Assembly: GCF_009914755.1 (NCBI RefSeq)
Contig: NC_060947.1
Origin: the human T2T-CHM13v2.0 reference genome, Homo sapiens
Strand: one strand, 5' to 3'
Length of the DNA stretch: 64,000 nucleotides
The translations under genes were made by a program, and so were the position numbers. Under the pieces are notes generated by a model. That model had not been told where the DNA came from and searched no databases. It saw only the letters and a list, made by a program, of their open reading frames with translations. This document shows, in pieces, positions 30,870-45,521 of this stretch. The stretch's first letter is position 1; every line of letters starts with the position of its first letter.

Positions 30870-32260
30870 TACTAATGGGTATTGGATTTCTTTTAGTGGT
30901 GATAAAAGTTTCTGAAATTAGATAGTGGTAATAGAAGCACAACCTTGTAAATATGCTAAACAGTCTACTGAATTGTATACTTTAAAATGGTGAATTCTAT
31001 AGTATGTGAATAATATCTCAATAAAAGAGAAATATCACTACTGAAATAGCTGGCATAAAATTAGTGATAACATATGTTGATGATGATGTGGAGAACTGGA
31101 TCCCTCATACATTACTAGTTGGAATGTAAAATGCCCCAGTAATTCGTGAAAATTATTTGGCAATTTCGTATAAAACTAAATACATGACAACTGTATGACC
31201 CAACAATTGCACTATGGGGCATTTATTTTGAAGACAAGAAAACGTTTTTCCCCACAAAAACCTGTACACAAATGTTTAGAGCAACTCTATTCCTAAGAGC
31301 CCCAAACTGGAAACAACACAGATTGCTTCAATGAGTGAATGCTTTTTTTAAAAAAAGCTATGGTACACATACCACGGAACACTAACCACCAACAAAAAGA
31401 ATAAACTATTGATATAACCAACTTGGTTGAATCTCAAGGCTATTATGCTAAGTGAAAAAATCAACTTCTAGTGTTACATACTGATATGGTTTAGCTCTGT
31501 GTCCCCACCCAAATCTCACCTTGAGTTGTAATAATCCCCATGTGTCAAGGTCGGGACCAGGTGGAGATAATTAAATCATGGAGGTGGCTTCCCCCATGCT
31601 GTTCTCATGATAGTGAGTGAGTTATCACGAGATCTGATGGGTTTATAAGGGGCTTCCCCCTTTGCTCGGCACTCATTCTGTCTCCTGCTGCCCTCTGAAG
31701 AGGTGCCTTCCACCATGATTGTAAGTTTCCTGAGCCCTCCCCAAAACTGTGGGTCAATTACACCTCTTTCTTTTATAAATTACCCAGTCTTGGGTATGTC
31801 CTTATAGCAGCATGAAAATGGACTAATACACATACTGTATAACTCCATTTATATAACACAATTGACATGTCAAATTTATAGAGACGGTGAAGAGATTTGT
31901 TGCTGCCAAGGGTTAGGGACAGGGGCAGGAAGCAAAAGGAATGGAGGCAATTGTGGTTATAAAAGGTCAACACTTGGGGAGTCTTTGTGGTGATGGAACT
32001 GTTCTATATCTTGACTATGGTGGTGAATTCACAAGCCTACATATGATAAAATTGTGACAAATATATACACATTCACAAATGAGTACTATACAAATATAAT
32101 TAGAGAAATCTGAATTAGATTAGTGGATTACATTAACACCAGTTTGCTGGTTGTGATATTGTACCATAGCTTTGGAAGATGTAATCATTAGGGAAATCTG
32201 GATAAAGAATACATGTGCTCATAAAACTGCGTATGAATCTACAATTGTCTCAAAATTTAA
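30870..32260 (+). mobile_element. Old L1M (MC/MD/ME-like) 3' fragments around THE1
   Basis: Diverged L1M 3'UTR motifs (ggtgatggaactgttctatatcttgactatggtgg; gaatctacaattgtctcaaaat). Confidence 0.6.
31482..31830 (+). mobile_element. THE1 (MaLR) solo LTR
   Basis: tgatatggtttagctctgtgtccccacccaaatctc...gactaataca with a 5-bp TSD CATAC on both sides. Confidence 0.93.
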
Positions 32261-32841
32261 AAATTGTAGAAAAATTATGCATAACTTAAGATATTCCTAA
32301 GCAAGTCAGGAAATCTATAATTCACTGGAGAAAAAAATGATACATTCAACTCCATAAAATTAATAATTTTAAATGGCAAAATATTCAACCCAATTTTTAA
32401 AATATACAAGGGGTATCAATTGTCCATTCACAGATTAACAAATTCAAAACGCCCAGGAAGCATATAAAAAAGTGCTCATTCTCACTAATAGAGGAATATG
32501 AATTAAAGCTAAACTCAGATGTTCTTTCTAACCCTTATTATTGGCAAAAAGTTTCAAGTGTGATAATATTTAGCTCTGAAGGTAAGGTGGGGCTTGGTGA
32601 AAATGAGTATTGTTACATCTCTGTGTATGTATATGTAAATAATCTGGTAATGTTAAATATTAAAACTATAAATACTCTTCCACATAGCAACCCTATGACT
32701 TGGAATTTATCACAAAAAATGAAGAATGTTTATTGTAACATTATGAGTAGAGGCAAAAACAAAAAAGGTAGAAACAAAGTGAATGTTAATAAATGGGGAA
32801 ATGATTGAATTAAATAGAGGAATAGCCATACCATGGAGTAT

Positions 32842-33032
32842 TTTTTGTGGCTATATGTTGACTTTGAGTAATTGCTAAGAGAGCAAAGCAAGTCATGGAC
32901 ACAGCTCAGGTTATAATAATAGCTTATAAGAATTTTGTGGCTATTAAAAAGAGTGAATACTCTTATCAGTTGACTTTGAGGAAATTCTAAGAGAGTAAAG
33001 GAAGTCATGGACACAGCTCAGATTATACTAAT
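32842..33032. repeat. Diverged two-copy tandem duplication, period 112 bp
   Basis: gtcatggacacagctcag at 32892 and 33004; gttgactttgag at 32857 and 32969. Confidence 0.85.
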
Positions 33033-33269
33033 GGTAACCTGGAACTTCCTGAAGACAGAAAGCAGTAGCAGAACATTTGTAATTTCTTGGCTCATAGACC
33101 AAATGAAAAGCTTCAAGTACAGAATAACTCTGGCTTGCACAAGTTGGTTTAGCAACACATACTCATATTCCTACTTTCCTAGAAATTGGTTCTCACCCAC
33201 AGATAATTATAAGGCATAATTTAGCATGTTTATAAGAGATGCCACTCTGCTGGTGTTGGACTTCCTGTG

Positions 33270-33460
33270 GCAGATTTGGGGAAATCAATTTACTAGCTGG
33301 GTAGCCCTGGGCTAGATATTTAACCTCTCCCTCATGTATAACATAGGGACAATAGCAGTACCTATCTCATAGGGTTCTTCTGAAGATTAAATGAGTTAAT
33401 ATGTGCAACATGCTTAGAATTGTGCCTGAGACAAAGCAAGCGCTAAATAAATATTGATGT
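33270..33460 (+). mobile_element. MIR SINE
   Basis: MIR core tacctatctcatagggttcttctgaagattaaatgagttaatatgtg...cttagaattgtgcctg. Confidence 0.8.
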
Positions 33461-34769
33461 CTTTTTTATTATCATTTCCACCAAGATGATTAAAATCGGC
33501 TTTTTACTCAATCTCCTTCCTTTTGGAAGGAAGCCTCTCCTTCCTTCAGTCTCTGGTCTTATCTGGTAGGGTCTATGTAATGAGGATAATATTGTTAAGG
33601 GGAAAGACAGCAGCAGTTACAGATTCCAGGGGAGACCCTGGACACCTAGTCCAAAGGCCTGCTTGGTTATTCTTCTTTGTCTGATTGTCTATTTAATGGA
33701 TATCCCTTCCCTTCTATTTCCTATGAGATTTCTAATGTGTTTGGTGTAATAGGAGAAAGAAAGTGTCCTGACAGTGAAGGATCAAGAGGTCTAGTTCCAA
33801 TTCAACAAACATATGGACTGACGAAGAGAAAGATAGCACAAATTACCTGTAACATAATTTCTAAAGCAGAGAGGGAATTGGGGGTTTAGGAAAGTCTAGC
33901 AGAAGTGAAGTCTACAGCTTTAAAAATTTTCCCCATGTTGCTGATCTCCTAAGCAACCATAACCCCTTCACTCTGGGATGTATTATAAGATTGGTATAGT
34001 GGTTTCAAGGATGGAATTGGGAAAAATTCTTGTGATACAAGTCTGACTATTCCTGGTTGGTCTACGTAGGCAAGTTTGCTCTTTGAATGTGTACAGACAC
34101 TAACATTTTCTCTCCCTCCTTATTCATCTTAGTCTTGCCCCTTACCAATATCCTGATATAGGGACTTAAAGTATAACAGATAAAACACAAATTTCCTAGC
34201 CTTTGAAAACTAAAAAAATTGTTTTCTACAGATATGTGAAGTGCTCTAGAACTGAAGGCTCTATTAATCATTCTAGACAGTGTTGACTATTGCCTTTGTT
34301 AAAATTTTAATGATTTAATAAAAAAGCATTATTCTATTACTGTTTAATTTGTCCTTTTAAAAAATTACTTCTGAGATTAAGCATTTTCTTCCACTGTTTA
34401 TTGTCTATTTGGCTGTCTTTTTAATTGAAATGCCTACTTTTATCTTTAATCTATTTTTCTCTTAGGGTTTTTATGGTCTAATAAAATTTATTACCTCCTC
34501 CACATTAAACTAACATATCTTTATTGTTGAGAATTTGAAAAATTCTCCAGTGCAGAAGCTAGAGTGAAAAATAACTCATGATCACTCACTATTATTATTT
34601 TGGTGGATTTCTATGGTGTTTTCCAATATGACTTTCTCTATTGGCATGTAGTTCAGATAATTACACATACATGTACCCACATACATAATGAAATGGTGGC
34701 CATATTTTATAGATTTCTATGTGATGTTTTGAATTAATGAACATTTTTTCATCTCTTAAAAAATTCTTC

Positions 34770-35790
34770 CAGAACATACCTCAACATAGTAAAAGCCATG
34801 CATATATGGCAATCCAATAGCAAACATAATACTGACTGGCAAAAATTTGAAAGAATTCCCCCTCAGAACTAGAACATGACAAGGATGCCCACTTTCATCA
34901 CTTCTACTTAACATAGTACTGGAAGTCCTAGCCAGAGCAATCAGACAAGAGAAAGAAATAAAGGGCATCCAAATAGGAAGGGAGGAAGTCAAACTATCTC
35001 TGATTGCTGATAATATGATTGTATACCTAGAAAACCCTACAGACTCCTCCAAAAGACTTTTATATTTGATAAATGAATTTGATAAAATCTCAGGTTAAGA
35101 AATCAATATACACAAATCTGCAGCACTGCTATGCACCAACAATGACCAAGCTGAGAATCAAATGAAGAACTAAATCCCTTTCATAATAGCTGCAAAAAAA
35201 GTACCTAGGAATATACTTAACCAAGGAGGTGAAAGATCTCTACAGAGACAACTATTACCTGAAACACTAATGAAAGAAATCATAGATGACACAAACAAAT
35301 AGAAATATATCCAACGCTCATGGCTCATGAATTGAAATAATCAATATTGTAAAAACGACCATACTGTCCAAAACAACCTACAGATTAAACGCAATATCTA
35401 TCAACATACCAACATTATTATTCACAGAATTAGAAAAGATCAATCCTAAAATTTATATGGAATCAGAAAAAAGCACAAACAGCCAAAGCAAACCTAAGCA
35501 AAAAGATCAAATCTGGAGGCATCGCATTACCTTATTTTACAAAGCATACAAAAACATAAATTGAGGAAACAACACCCTATTATATAAATGGTGCTGTGAA
35601 AACTGGATAACCACATGTAGAAGAATGAAACTCAATCCCCACATCTCACCATATACAAAAATCAACTAAAGATATACAAAACATGTAAATCTAAGACCTG
35701 AAACCATTAAAATTATAGAAGAAAACCTAGGAAAAACTCTCTTGAATATTTGCCTAGGCAAAAAATTTATGATTAAGACCTCAAAAGCAA
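34770..35790 (+). mobile_element. L1PB ORF2 fragment, 5' part
   Basis: Sense ORF2 (ggaagtcctagccagagcaatcagacaagagaaag), interrupted at the TSD AAGACCTCAAAAGCAA (35775-35790). Confidence 0.85.
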
Positions 35791-38700
35791 GAGGATCCAG
35801 GATGGCTGATTGTAAACAGCTGTGGTACGTGGCCCTCAGGGAAAGGAATAAAAGGAGTGAGTGAATTTAGCACCTTCAACTGATATATCCGAGTTCTTGC
35901 ATTGGGACTGACTAGGCAAACAGCTCGACCCATGGAGAGCAAAGAGAAGCAGGGTGGGGTGATGGTCCACCCAGGAGCAGCATAGAGCCAAGGGAACCCT
36001 CAACCCCAGCCAAGGGAAGTGGTGAGTAACTGAGCGATCCCACCCGAGAAACCACACTTCTCCCATGGATCTTTGCAACCCACAGATCAGGAGATCCCCT
36101 TGTGAGCCCACACAACCAGTGCCTTGGGTCCAATACATGGAGCTGTGCAGAGTCTTGCCAAAATGGCCAGTCGGGCACACAGAGAAACCCAAAAGTTTTG
36201 CATACACCAGCCCCAGGATCCATGACAATGTGGGAGATCTATCCATGCATGTTCCCGGGAAGGGGTCTAGATCTAGGGAGCCAAGTGACATTGTTCTTCG
36301 GTCACCTCATGAGTTGAGACTCACTGGCTTGGAATTCCAGCCAGTCGGTGGCAGCAGGCTGGAATCTGCCTGAGTTGGGACCAGGTTCCTGGGGGGAAGG
36401 GCAGTCGCCATCTCTGCAGTTCAGTAGACTCAGTCGTTTCAGCCCACCTGCTTTGAAGAATACAGGAAGTCTAGACAAAGAGGTGTCCCCCCAGCACAGC
36501 ACAGCTGCCTTGCCAGATTGTGGCTAGACTGCTTCTTTAAACGGGACCCTAATCCATCCCTCCCCAGTGGGCGAGACCTCCCTGCAGGGGCTTCAGCCAC
36601 TCTAGCAAGGGTTCTAGAGACAGAACTCTGAGCTCTAGTGAAGAGGAGCAGCCACAACTCTGTGGTTCAGTAGACTCAGCCATTTCAGTCTGCCAGCTTT
36701 GGAAAATACACACGGTCTGGATGAGGAACGGTCCCACCCAATGCAATGCATCTGCTCTACCAAAGGGCAGCCAGACTGCTTCTTTGGAGAGGTTCCTGAT
36801 TCTGTTTCTCCTGGCTGGGTAAGACCTACCAGCAGGGGTCTCCAGCACATTCTACAGGAGAGTTCAGGCCAGGAACAGGTCAGTTATCCTCTAGGTTTGA
36901 GCTGCCAGAAGAAGAAGCAGGCTGCTATCTTTGCTGTTATCTTTGCCTTCACTGGTGATAGCAAGCTGTTATGTTTGCATTCACTGGTGATACCTCTGGG
37001 TATGAGAAACACTGAAGCAAGTAGGGTCTGAAGCAGACCTCAAGCAAACCACAGCAGCCTTATGGAAGAGGGGCCTGACTGCTAAAAGAAAACCAAACAA
37101 ATAGAAAACAACAACTGCAACAACATCAACAAAAAAGACCTCACAAAAACCTCATTCAAAGGTCAGCAACCTCAAGGATCAAAGGTAGAGAAGCCTACAA
37201 ATATGAGAATCAATGCAAAAAAGCTGAAAGTGCAAAAAGCCAGAGGGCCTCTTCTCCTCCAAATGACTGCAACACCTCTCTAGCAAGGGCACAGAACTGG
37301 GCTCAGGCTGAGATAGCTGAATTGAAAGAAGTAAGCTTCAGAAAGTGGGTAATAATAAATTTTGCTGAGCTAAAGGAGCATGTTGTAATCCAGTGCAAAG
37401 AAGCTAAGAATCATAATAAAACAATGCCAGAATGGATAGTCAGAATAGCCAATATAGAGAGGAACATAACTGACCCGGTGGAGCTGAAAAACACATCACG
37501 AGAACTTGACAATGCAATCACAAGTATTATTAGCAGAACAGACCAAGTGGAGATAAGAATCTTAGAGCTTGAAGACTATCTTTCTGAAATAAGGCAGGCA
37601 AACAAAGAATACAGTAAAAAGAATAAAAAGGAATGAACAAAACCTCCGAGAATTATGGGATTATGTAAAGAGACTGAACCTACAACTGATTGGAGTACCT
37701 AAAACAGATGAGGAGAATGGAACTAAGTTGAAAAACATACTTTAGGATTTCATCCTGGAGAAATTCCCCAACCTAGCAAGACAGGCCAACATTCAAATTC
37801 AGGAAATGCAGAGAACACCACTAAGATACTCCACGAGAAAATCAGCTGCAAGACTCATAATAATCAGATTCTCCAAGGTCGAAATGTAAGTAAAAATGTT
37901 AAGCCAGAGAGAAAGGCCAGGTCACCTAAAAAGGGAAGCCCATCAGACTAACAGAGGATCTCTCAGTGGAAACCCTACAAGTCAGAAGAAATTGGGGGCC
38001 AATATTTAACATTCTTAAAGAAAAGAATTTTCAACCCAGAATTTGACATCCTGCCAAACTAAGCCTCATAAGTGAAGGAGAAATGAGATTATTTTCAGAC
38101 AAGCAAATGCTGAGGGAATTTATCACCACCAGGCCTGCCTTGCAAGTGTTCCTGAATGAACCACTAAATATTGAAAGAAAAATATCATTACCAGCCACAA
38201 CATAAACATGCTGAAGTATACAGACCAGTGATACTATGAAGCAACCACATAAACAAGTCTGCAAAATAATTGGCTAACATCATGATGACAGGATTACATT
38301 CACACATAACAATACTAACCTTAAATGTAAACGGGCTAAATGCCCCAATAAAAAGACAAAGGATGGCAAGCTGAATAAAGACACACATAGGCTCAAAATA
38401 AAGGGATGGAGAAAAATTTACCAAGAAAATGGAAAACAGAAAAAAGCAGGGGCCACAATCCTAGTTTCTGAACAAAATTCTTCAAACCAACAAAGGTCAA
38501 AAATGACAAAGAAGGGCATTATATAATGGTAACAAGTTCAATTCAACAAGAAGAGCTAACGATCCTAAATATATATGTACCCAATACAGGAGCACTCAGA
38601 TTAATAAACCAAGTTCTTAGAGACCTAGAAAGAGACTTAGATTTCCACAAAATAATAGTGGGAGACGTCAACATTCCACTGTCAGTAAGAGACAGATCAT

Positions 38701-39682
38701 CATGACAGAAAATTAACAAAGATATTCAGGACCTGAACGCAGCTCTGGATCAAGTGGACCTGATAAATATCTACATAACTCTCCACCCCAAAACAACAGA
38801 ATACATATTATTCTCATCACCACATGGCACTAATTCTAAAATTGACCACATAATTGGAAGTAAAACACTCCTTAGCAAATGCAAAAGAATGGAAATCATA
38901 ACAAACTCTTTATCAGACCACAGCACAATCAAATTAGAACTCAAGATTAAGAAACTCACTCAAAACCACTAATCTACATGGAAATTAAGCAACCTGCTTC
39001 TGATTGACTCCTGGGTAAATAATAAAAATCAAAAAGTTCTTTGAAACCAATGAGAACAAAGAGACAACATACCAGAATCTCTGGAATGCAGCTAATGCAG
39101 TGTTAAGAGGAAAATTTATAGCACTAAATGCCCACATCAAAAAGCTAGAAAGATCTCAAGTTAACAGCCTGACATAACAACTAAAAGAAATAGAGTACCT
39201 AGAGCAAACACACCCCAAAGCTAGCAGAAGACAAGAAATAACCAAGATCAGAGTGGAACTGAAGAAGATAGAGACATAAAAACCCCTTCAAAAAATCAAC
39301 AAATACAGGAGTTTTTTAAAAAATTAATAAAATAGATAGACCACTAGCTAGACTAATAAAGAAGAAAAGAGAAAAATCAAACAAAAACCATCAGAAATGA
39401 TAAGGGGTTTATCACCACTGACCCTGCAGAAATACTAACAACCACCTGAAAATACTATAAAAACCTCTATGCACATAAACTAGAAAATCTGGAAAAAAAA
39501 TCATTAAATTCCTGGACTCATACACCCTCCCAAGACTAAATCAGAGATAAATTGAATCCCTGAATAGACAAATAACTAGTTCTGAAATTGAGGCAGTAAT
39601 AAATAGCCTACCAACCAAAAAAAGCCCAGGACCAACAGATTCATAGCTGAATTGTACCAGAGGTACAAAGAAGAGCTGGTAC

Positions 39683-40399
39683 TGAGAGACAGGACTAGCT
39701 AGATTTCCTAGGCCAACTAAGAATTCGTATGCCTTGCTGGAAAAGGTGACCACACCTACCTTTAAGCATGGGGCCTGTAACTCAGCTCACACCCAACCCG
39801 TCAGGTAGTAAAGAGGTCTCACTAAAATACAAATTAGGCCAATGCACGAGGTAAAGAAATAGTCAAATCATATATCACCTGAGAGCACAGGGGGAGGGAC
39901 AATGATCGGAATATAAACTCAGGCATTGGACCAGGGAGGAGCAACCCCCTTTTGGTCCCTTCCCATTTTATGGGAGCTCTCTTCACTCTATTTAAATCCT
40001 GCAACTGCACACTCTTCTGGTCCGTGTTTTTTTATGGGTCGAGCTGAGCTTTCACTCACCATCCACCACTGCTGTTTGCTGCCATCACAGACCCACGGCT
40101 GACTTCCACCCCTCCAGATCCAGCAGGGTGTCCACTGCACTTCTGATCCAGCCAGACAGTGCCCATTGCTGCTCCCAATTGGGCTAGAGGCTCGCCATTG
40201 TTCCTGAGCAGGCTAAGTGCCTGGGGTTCATCCTAATCGAGCTGAATAGAGCTGTAACATTCACCGCATGGCCCAAGATTCCATTCCTTGGAATCCATAA
40301 GGCCAAGAACCCCGGGTTAGAGAACAAGAGGCTTGCTGCCATCTTGGAAGCAGCCCACCACCATCTTGGGAGCTCTAAGAACAAGGACCCCTGGTAACA
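39683..40399 (+). mobile_element. LTR17 (HERV-W/HERV17) solo LTR
   Basis: tgagagacaggactagctagatttcctaggcc...aagaacaaggacccctggtaaca with a 4-bp TSD GTAC on both sides. Confidence 0.92.
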
Positions 40400-41225
40400 G
40401 TACCATTTCTACTGAAACTATTCCAAAAATTTGAAGAGGAACAACTCCCTAACTCATTCTATGAGGCCAGCATCAGCCTGATATGAAAACTTGGCATAGA
40501 TACAACAAAAAAAGGAAACTTCAGGCCAATATCCTTGATGCATATCAATGCAAAAATCCTCAGTAAAATATTGGCAAACTGAATCCAGTAGCACATCAAG
40601 GAGCTTATTCACGACCATCAAGTTGGCTTCATCCCGGGATGCAAGACTGGTTCAACATACACAAATCAATAAGCACAATTCATCACATAAGCAGAACTAA
40701 AGACAAGACCACCTGATTATCTCAATAGATGCAGAAAAAGCTTTCAATAAAATTCAACCTCCTTTCATGTTAAAAACTCTCAACAAACTAGGTATTGATG
40801 GAAATATATCTCAAAATCATAAGAACTATTTATGACAAATCCACAGCCAATATCATACTGAATGGGCAAAAGCTGGAAGCATTCTCCTTGAAAACCAGCA
40901 GAAGAGAAGGATGTCCTCTCTCACCACTCCTACTCAACATAGTATTGGAAGTTCTGGCCAAAGCAATCAGGGAAGAGAAAAGAATAAGGGGTATTCAAAT
41001 AAGAAGAGAGGAAGTCAAATTGCCTTTCTTTGCAGACGACATGATCCTATATCTAGAAAAACCCATCATCTCATCCTGAAAGATTCTTAAGCTGATAAGC
41101 ATCTTCAGGATACAAAATAAATGTGCAAAATTCACTAGCATTCTTATACATCAACAATAGGCAAGCAGACAACCAAATCCTAAATGAACTATCATTCACA
41201 ATTGCTACAAAAAGAATAAAATACC

Positions 41226-41526
41226 GGCTGTAGTCAGGGGCTCACTCCTTTAATCCCAGCACTTTGGGAGGCCCAGGTGGGTGGATTGTGAGGTCTGGAG
41301 TTCAAGACCAGCCAGGCCAAGATGGTGAAACCCATCTCTACTAAAAACACACACACAAAATTACCAGGCATGGTGGCGTGCACCTGTAATATCAGCTACT
41401 AGGGGGGTGAGGCAGAGAATTGTTAGAACCCAGGAGGTGGAGGTTGCAGTAAGCCGAGATCGCGGCACTGCGCTCCAGCCTGGGCAACAGACTGAGACTC
41501 TGTCAAAAAAAAAAAAGAAAGAAAGA
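41226..41526 (+). mobile_element. AluS SINE inside L1 ORF2
   Basis: Dimeric Alu flanked by the TSD AAAGAATAAAATACC. Confidence 0.9.
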
Positions 41527-43300
41527 AAGAATAAAATACCAAGGAATATATTTGACAGTTGAAGTGAAGGACCTCTTCAAGAACCACAAACCACTGCTCA
41601 AATAAGTCAGAGAGGACACAAACAAATAGAAAATATTCCATGCTCATGAGTAGGAAGAATCAATATTGTGAAAATGGCCATACTGCCCAAAGTAATTTAT
41701 AGATTCAATGCCATTTCCATTGAGCTACCACTGACATTCTTGACAGAATTAGAAAAAACTTTTTTAAAATTTATATGGAACCAAAAAAGAGTCTGAATAG
41801 CTATAAACAATTCTAAGCAAAAAGAACAAAGCTGGAGGCATCACACTACCTGACTTCAAACTATTCTATAAGGCTACAGTAACTAAAACAGCATGGTACT
41901 GGTACAAGAACAGACAGACAGACCAATGGAACAGAATGGAGAACTCAGAAATAAGACTGCACACCTACAACCATCTGTTCTTTGACAAACCTGACAAAAG
42001 CAATGGAGGAAATATTGCCTATTTAATAAATGGTGCTGGGAGAACTAGCTAGCCATATGCAGAAAATTTAAACTGGACCCCTTCCTTACATCATATACAT
42101 AAATTAACTCAAGATAGATTAAAGACTTAGATGTAAAACACAAAACTATAAAAAACCTAGAAGAAAATCTAGGCAATACCATTCAGGACATAGGAACAAG
42201 CAAAGATTTCATAATAAAAATGCCAAAAGCAATTGTAACAAAAGCAAAAATTGGCAAATGAGATCTAATTAAACTAAAGAACTGCTGCACAGCAAAAGAA
42301 ACTGTCATCAGAAAGAACAGACAGCCTACAGAATGGAAGAAAATTTGTGCAATCTATGCACCTGACCAAGGTCTAATATCCAGAGTCTACAAGGAACTTA
42401 AACAAATTTACAAAGAAAAAAATTAAAAAGTGGGCAAAGGACATGAACAGACACTTCTCAAAACATACATGTGGCCAAGAATCGTGGAAAAAAAGCTCAA
42501 CATCACTGATCATTAGAGAAATGCAAGTCAAAAATGAGATACCATCTCATGCCAGTCAGAATGGTGACTATTAAAAAGTCAAAAGCAACAGATGCTGGCG
42601 AGGTTGTGGAGAAAAAGGAACACTTTTACACTGTTGGTGGGAGCGTAAAGTAGTTCAACCATTGGGGAAGACAGAGTGTGGCAATTCCTCAAAGACAGAG
42701 AGGCAGAAATACCATTTGACCCAGCAATATCATTACTAGCTATATACCCAAATGAATATAAATCATTCTATTACAAAGATACATGTGCACGTATGTTTAT
42801 TGCAGCACTATTCACAAGAGTAATACATGGAATCAACCCCATTGCCCATCAGTGATAGACTGGATAAAGAAAATGTGCTACATATATACACCATGGAATA
42901 CTATGCATCCATAAAAAGGAAGGAGATCATGTCCTTTGCAGTGACATGGATGGAATTGGAAGTCACTATCCCCAGCAAACTAATCCTGGAACAGAAAACC
43001 AAACACTGTATGTTTTCATTTTTAAGTGGGAGCTGAATGATGAGAACACGTGGACACATGGGTTGGGGGGAAATACACATCTGGTCTGTCAGAGGGGGTG
43101 TGAAGGGAGGGAGAGCATCAGGAAGAATAGCTAATGGATGCTGGGCTTAATACCTAGGTGATGGGATGATCTTTGCAGCAAACCACTGTGGCACACGTTT
43201 ACCTATGTAACAAACCTGCACATAAGGCACATGTACCCCTAAACTTAAAATAAAAGTTGAAGGTAAAAAGAAAAGAGAAACAAAAAGACCCCAAAAGCAA

Positions 43301-44353
43301 ATGCAACAAAAAGAAAAATAAATAAATGGGACCTAAATTAAACTAAAAACTTTTGCACTACAAAAGAAATAATCATCAGAGTAAACAGACAACCCACTGA
43401 ATAGCAGAAAATATTTGCAAACTATGCATCCAACAAAGGACTGATATCTAAAATCCACAAGGAACCCACACAAATCAGCAAGAAAAAAAAAACCCAAATA
43501 ATCCCATCAAAAAGTGGGCAAATGACACAAATAGACACTTCTATAAAGAAGATATACAAATCACCAATAAACATATAAAAATGTTCAACATCAGTAATCA
43601 TCAGGGAAATGCAAATTAAAATCACAATTAGATACCACTTTACCCTAGGTACACTGAATATTACTAAAAAGTCAACAAACAATAGCTGTTGGCATGGATA
43701 TGGTGAAAAGTGAACACTTTTACACTGTTGGTGGGGACGGAAATAGAGGTTGTTAGTACAACGTCTATGGAAAATAGTACGGAGATTTCTCAAAGAACTA
43801 AAAGTAGATCTAACATTCGATCCAGCAATCCCACTACTGGGTATCTATCCAAAAGAAAAGAAGTCATTATATCAAAAAGACACTTGCACATGTATGTTTA
43901 TCACAGCACAAATCACAATTGAAAACATATGGAACCAACCTAAGTGCCCATTAACTGATGAGTGAATAAAGAAAATGTGGTATGTATACACACACACAAA
44001 CACACAGACGATGGAATACTACTCAACCATAAAAAAAATGTATTTTCAGCAACATGGATGGAGCTGGAGGCCATTATTCTGAATGAAGTAACTCAGGAAT
44101 GGAAAGCCAAATACCTTATGTTCTCAATTATAAGTGGATACTAAGCTATGGGTATGCAAAGGCAGACAGAGTAGTATAATGGACACTGGAGACTCAGAAG
44201 CAGAGAGGGTGGGAAGGTGTGGGGAATAAAAAGCTACATATTGGGTACAATGTACACTACTCAGATGTTAGGTGCACTAAAATCAGACTTCACCACTATA
44301 CAATTCATCCTTGTAACCAAAAACCACTTGTGCCCCAAAAGCTATTGAAATAA
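43301..44353 (+). mobile_element. L1PB ORF2 end and 3'UTR (continuation of 34770-35790)
   Basis: Resumes atgcaacaaaa and ends ...aaaaccacttgtgccccaaaagctattgaaataa, an L1PB-type terminus. Confidence 0.88.
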
Positions 44354-44635
44354 TATATATTTATACATAATAAAATTCAAAAATTATCCCAGAACAGTAT
44401 TTCTAAAGGTTGCCAAATAATTCACCTGCCAAAGATCCATATCTTATCATTTATTTACTCACTGTCTTATCACACATTTAGCTCTTCGTATTTCATTACC
44501 ATTAATAAAGTACAATGACTATCATCTTTGTACATAATGATTTGGGAATGTACGTTAGTTGGTAAGATTATACAATAAGGATATCAATTTTGTATCATGT
44601 ATATTGTAAAGTTTTCCAACTTTATCATTGTCTGT

Positions 44636-44951
44636 TTATTTATTTATTTATTTATTTATTTATATTTTTGAGACGGAGTCTTGCTATGTCACCCAGACTG
44701 GAGAGAAGTGGCGCGATCTCGGCTCACTGCAAGCTCTGCCTCCTGGGTTCACGCCATTCTGCTGCCTCAGCCTCCCCAGCAGCTGGGACTACAGGCGCAC
44801 ACCGTCAAGCCCGGCTATTTTTTTTGTATTTTTAGTAGAGACGGGGTTTCACCGTGTTAGCCAGGATGGTCTCGTTCTCCTGACCTCATGATCCGCTCGC
44901 CTCGGCCTCCCAAAGTGCTGGGATTACAGGCGTGAGCCACCGCCCCGGGCT
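44636..44951 (-). mobile_element. AluY SINE with (TTTA)n tail
   Basis: gcaagctctgcctcctgggttcacgccattc; caccgtgttagccaggatggtctcg. Confidence 0.92.
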
Positions 44952-45193
44952 GATTGTCTTTTTAAAATAAAACTTACCGAAAAGGTAATATATTTCATGT
45001 ATCAAAAACCAAATAGAAGAAGCATAAAGTATCTATTCCAGCTTAATCTCCCATCTCCCCAGTTCCCACCTTCTCCACCCACACAGTTAACTATTTTTAT
45101 TCATTTCTTCTGTAAACTTTGTGTGTGTTTACATAAGGAGATAGCCCCCACCCACTTTTTCATATAATTTGTAGCATACAATATACACTTTTT

Positions 45194-45521
<328 letters not shown>

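Larger units (their letters stand above)
35791..43284 (+). mobile_element. Full-length but inactivated L1PA (about PA10-13), inserted into L1PB
   Basis: 5'UTR starting caggatggctga, ORF1 and ORF2 fragments ([13 protein letters not shown]), 3'UTR and A tail. A 16-bp TSD AAGACC(T/C)CAAAAGCAA lies at 35775-35790 and 43285-43300. Confidence 0.92.

Noticed and set aside
36380-36990. Internal repeats (cagtagactcag...cagactgcttcttt twice) resembling a spaced array
   Set aside because: These match the modular repeats expected in older L1PA 5'UTRs plus a small local duplication; not CRISPR-like, and the DNA is eukaryotic.
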